Assembly: GCA_043228905.1 (NCBI GenBank)
Contig: JBHGNT010000008.1
Coordinates: forward strand, 2,790,001-2,854,000
DNA: 64,000 bases
Source of the DNA: Azolla caroliniana
Taxonomy: Eukaryota; Plantae; Polypodiophyta
Direction of reading: 5' to 3'
Shown here: positions 61,520 to 64,000 of the stretch, piece after piece
Numbering within the stretch: position 1 is the first letter of the stretch
How the letters are laid out: each line of letters opens with the position of its first letter
Notes under the pieces: model-generated
Seen by the model: the letters and a program-made list of their open reading frames with translations, nothing else
The model's database searches: none
What the model was told of the DNA's origin: nothing
Position numbers and translations under genes: made by a program

Positions 61520-61893
61520 CGTCACACTAAATTAAATAATAATAATAAAAACAAAAAAAAAACAATCATGCAAAAGCGAGGAATGAATGGATGAAAGAGC
61601 GAGGAGCGAAAAGGTACGTAGTGGGCATTTAAAGCGCGACCATAGGACATAATGCTATTTTAGTACACGACATGCACACACTCGAAAAAGGCGCCAGAAT
61701 GCACAGACAAAAACCACTGCGCGTAGAGACCCTTTACTTTTGCGAACCCAGGAGCACAGAAGCACCAAGACGCTGCAAGATCATCAGACGAGAACCTGCG
61801 CACAGAGAACCCCCGCCTTCTGAACTCTCTCTCTCTCAACCTCACTCTCATCACCATCCAACCTCGCCACCGCAATCCGACCTCGACACAGAA

Positions 61894-63901
61894 ATGGACC
61901 CGCAAACGCTGTCGGAAGCCGCCAAGACATGGCTAAAGCAACACGGGCTCGAGGGCTTCTTGATGATGATGGAAGTACCGCCACACAGAAGCCGACAAAG
62001 TGATCAAAGAAATCGACACAGAGGTCATAATGGCAGAGGCGATTCGAGCGTTAACAGGCCTTCCGGAGGGAGGCATACTCACAATCGACAATCCAACCCC
62101 GGAGCAACTCATCAGGTATTTTGGTGAGTACTCTCTACCTAGCAAGGGCTACCGTACACAGGGCGGCGGAGATATGTTGTTCCGCGAGATTGCTCGTGTG
62201 CTCCACGAATACGGCCACGTGTACCTTAGACCCCCTGTCATGCCGCAGAACCGGGCAGGGATGATCATCGCCACCTATGAAGGGATCAAGGTGGATTGGC
62301 CAGTATTGATCGCAAATGGGTTGTGTGCGGCGATCGAGATCGTCAGAGGCAAAGACGACAAAGAAGGCCGAGACGGATGGAGGATATGGCACGCCGTAAC
62401 GCAGTGGCTCACCTTGCTTGTGCCACCCGTCCAACCCAAGAAGCGAGGAAGAGTGGCAGACGGCACCCCAAAGACGGCTTCCAAACGACAATAGTTGTTG
62501 GCCTCTAAGGCCAGTAAGGGAAAGGCGGCGGATGCAGAATAGGCGGCAACTGAAAGTGCCCAACGGAGGGAGGAGGAACCACCGGCACGGCCCGTAAAGG
62601 TTACACTCCGCCGACCAGTGTATAGAGAAGCGGACCCCTTGGCGGCAAAACTCAATGCCGGGGCTCAGGAAGAGGAAATAGAGGAGGAGCCTACGGAGCA
62701 CCTCCAGCGACGGTCGTCGGCAAGGACCATTGAGGCAGCCGGGAAACGTTCAGACCCTCAGACGGAGGAGGCACCGGCTCACCATAGTGAGACTCCCACG
62801 CCAAGGAAGGAACCGGAACCGGTACGCATGGCACCGGAATCAGAAGCCCTGGCACCACCAGCAACACCGGCAAGTCCCATCCCGCCAGAGCCGGAAAGGT
62901 CAATGCAGCCTCCCTCGGCCAGCCAAGAAGAAGCGCAAGGGGAACTAGGACAGCAGGGTGGTCCATGGGTAGAAATGGAACTACAACTTGGCGCAACCAG
63001 GCGGGACTACCCCTCTACAAGTGAGCCCATCTGTCAAACCTTCGTGCAAGCACAACAAGGCACCGGTAGCCTATGGCTCCGGTGGATAGGCGAACAGATA
63101 GCCGGAGCAGTGGGGTATATTGAGGCGGAAGAAAGAGCGCAAAGCGAACGGTTGCTCGCCACAACCGAACAACTAGAGACGGCCCAGTCCAGAATCCGGT
63201 GCCTTGAAAAAGACTTGGATCAGGTCACGACAGAGATGGCCAAAATGGCCTTAACGGCAACACAGATCCAATCACCGGTGACTTCGGTAAGTGTACAGAA
63301 TAAAGAAACGGATCGACTTGTACATAGCAATAAGACCCCGGCAATGGAAACCGTTCCGGCGAGAGATGCGGCGCAAACCCAGGAGCTTGCGGAATTGAGA
63401 GACGAACTTGCCGCACAAGAAGCGCTAAGGAGCCGTGAACGAGAATTGAAGACAGCGACCGAAGCCGAATTAAAGAAGACTGCTGAGAACCTCCGTCGGG
63501 CAGAGGAGAGCCTCCGGAAAGGCCATTAAGCGTACGACTGGCTAAAGGAGGAGAAAGACAAAGTGCTGCAGGAAAAGGACAAGCTGCGGAAAACGGCGGA
63601 AACAGAGATTGAACGGCTAAAGGAAGAGCTCCGCCAGCAGAAGGACCACGAGGACTGGGCCCGTCGTCAGATCAACGCACGGCTCAAGCAAAAGACAGAT
63701 GATTTTGAGCACCTGCACCGGGACTACAAACGGCTAGAAACGGAGCATAAAGAACGGATGGTCGAGCTCCAACAAGCAGTTGATCGGACCGTGACGGCGA
63801 TCGCCGACGAACGTGCGGAAAATACAAGACGCTTGGACGAGGCGGATGTTGGAGACAAGGCCGTCAATGCGGAAGATCAAACACCATTCGATTCGTGTTG
63901 A
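61894..63901 (+). pseudogene. Extra sense ORF downstream of pol (globular N-domain, acidic linker, long coiled coil)
   Basis: ATG at 61894, a frameshift near 61985, then one frame through 62000-63901 with stops at 62492, 62540 and 63527. Same GC and CCGG composition as the gypsy element. Confidence 0.7.
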
Positions 63902-63938
63902 ATACCTGCGTATGACAGTTTCTAAGGTCGTGCACAGA

Positions 63939-63942
<4 letters not shown>

Positions 63943-63988
<46 letters not shown>
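63943..63988. repeat. (GA)n microsatellite
   Basis: Directly visible. Confidence 0.95.
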
Positions 63989-63990
<2 letters not shown>

Positions 63991-64000
63991 AAAGAGTCTT

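Larger units (their letters stand above)
49834..63900 (+). mobile_element. Decayed non-chromoviral Ty3/gypsy element (gag-PR-RT-RH-INT plus extra 3' ORF), interrupted by a nested chromovirus
   Basis: 5' LTR at 49834-50202, gag with two CCHC knuckles, protease IDGGSGVN, RT FLDDF, RNase H FVDASD, integrase HH-CC and WGLDFVGP/ISDQG/QANGLAE. Several stops and frameshifts. No 3' LTR in the window. Confidence 0.92.

Overview
This is eukaryotic land-plant nuclear DNA, probably from a fern or another seed-free plant (inferred from gene and transposon types). The ORF track is fragmented by introns and its TTG/GTG starts are mostly meaningless. Four spliced host genes are present: a PIG-G-type GPI ethanolamine-phosphate transferase (+), an ILR1-like M20 IAA-amino acid hydrolase (-), a class II PTEN-FH1-FH2 formin (-) and a plant coiled-coil protein of unknown function (-). 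The intergenic space is rich in transposons: hAT/MULE-like ends, LTR-like fragments, L1 fragments, and an RTEX-like LINE family present three times, always next to (TC)n tracts. The last 15 kb is a three-tier retrotransposon nest: a minus-strand LTR element, then a decayed non-chromoviral Ty3/gypsy with an extra 3' ORF, then an intact, very young chromovirus. The chromovirus is the best find. It has 547-bp LTRs with one visible mismatch, a GTTCT target-site duplication, a Tf1-type self-priming site instead of a tRNA PBS, and a -1 frameshift cassette (G-UUA-AAC plus an IBV-like H-type pseudoknot) joining gag and pol. All alignments and folds were done by eye; no database searches were run.
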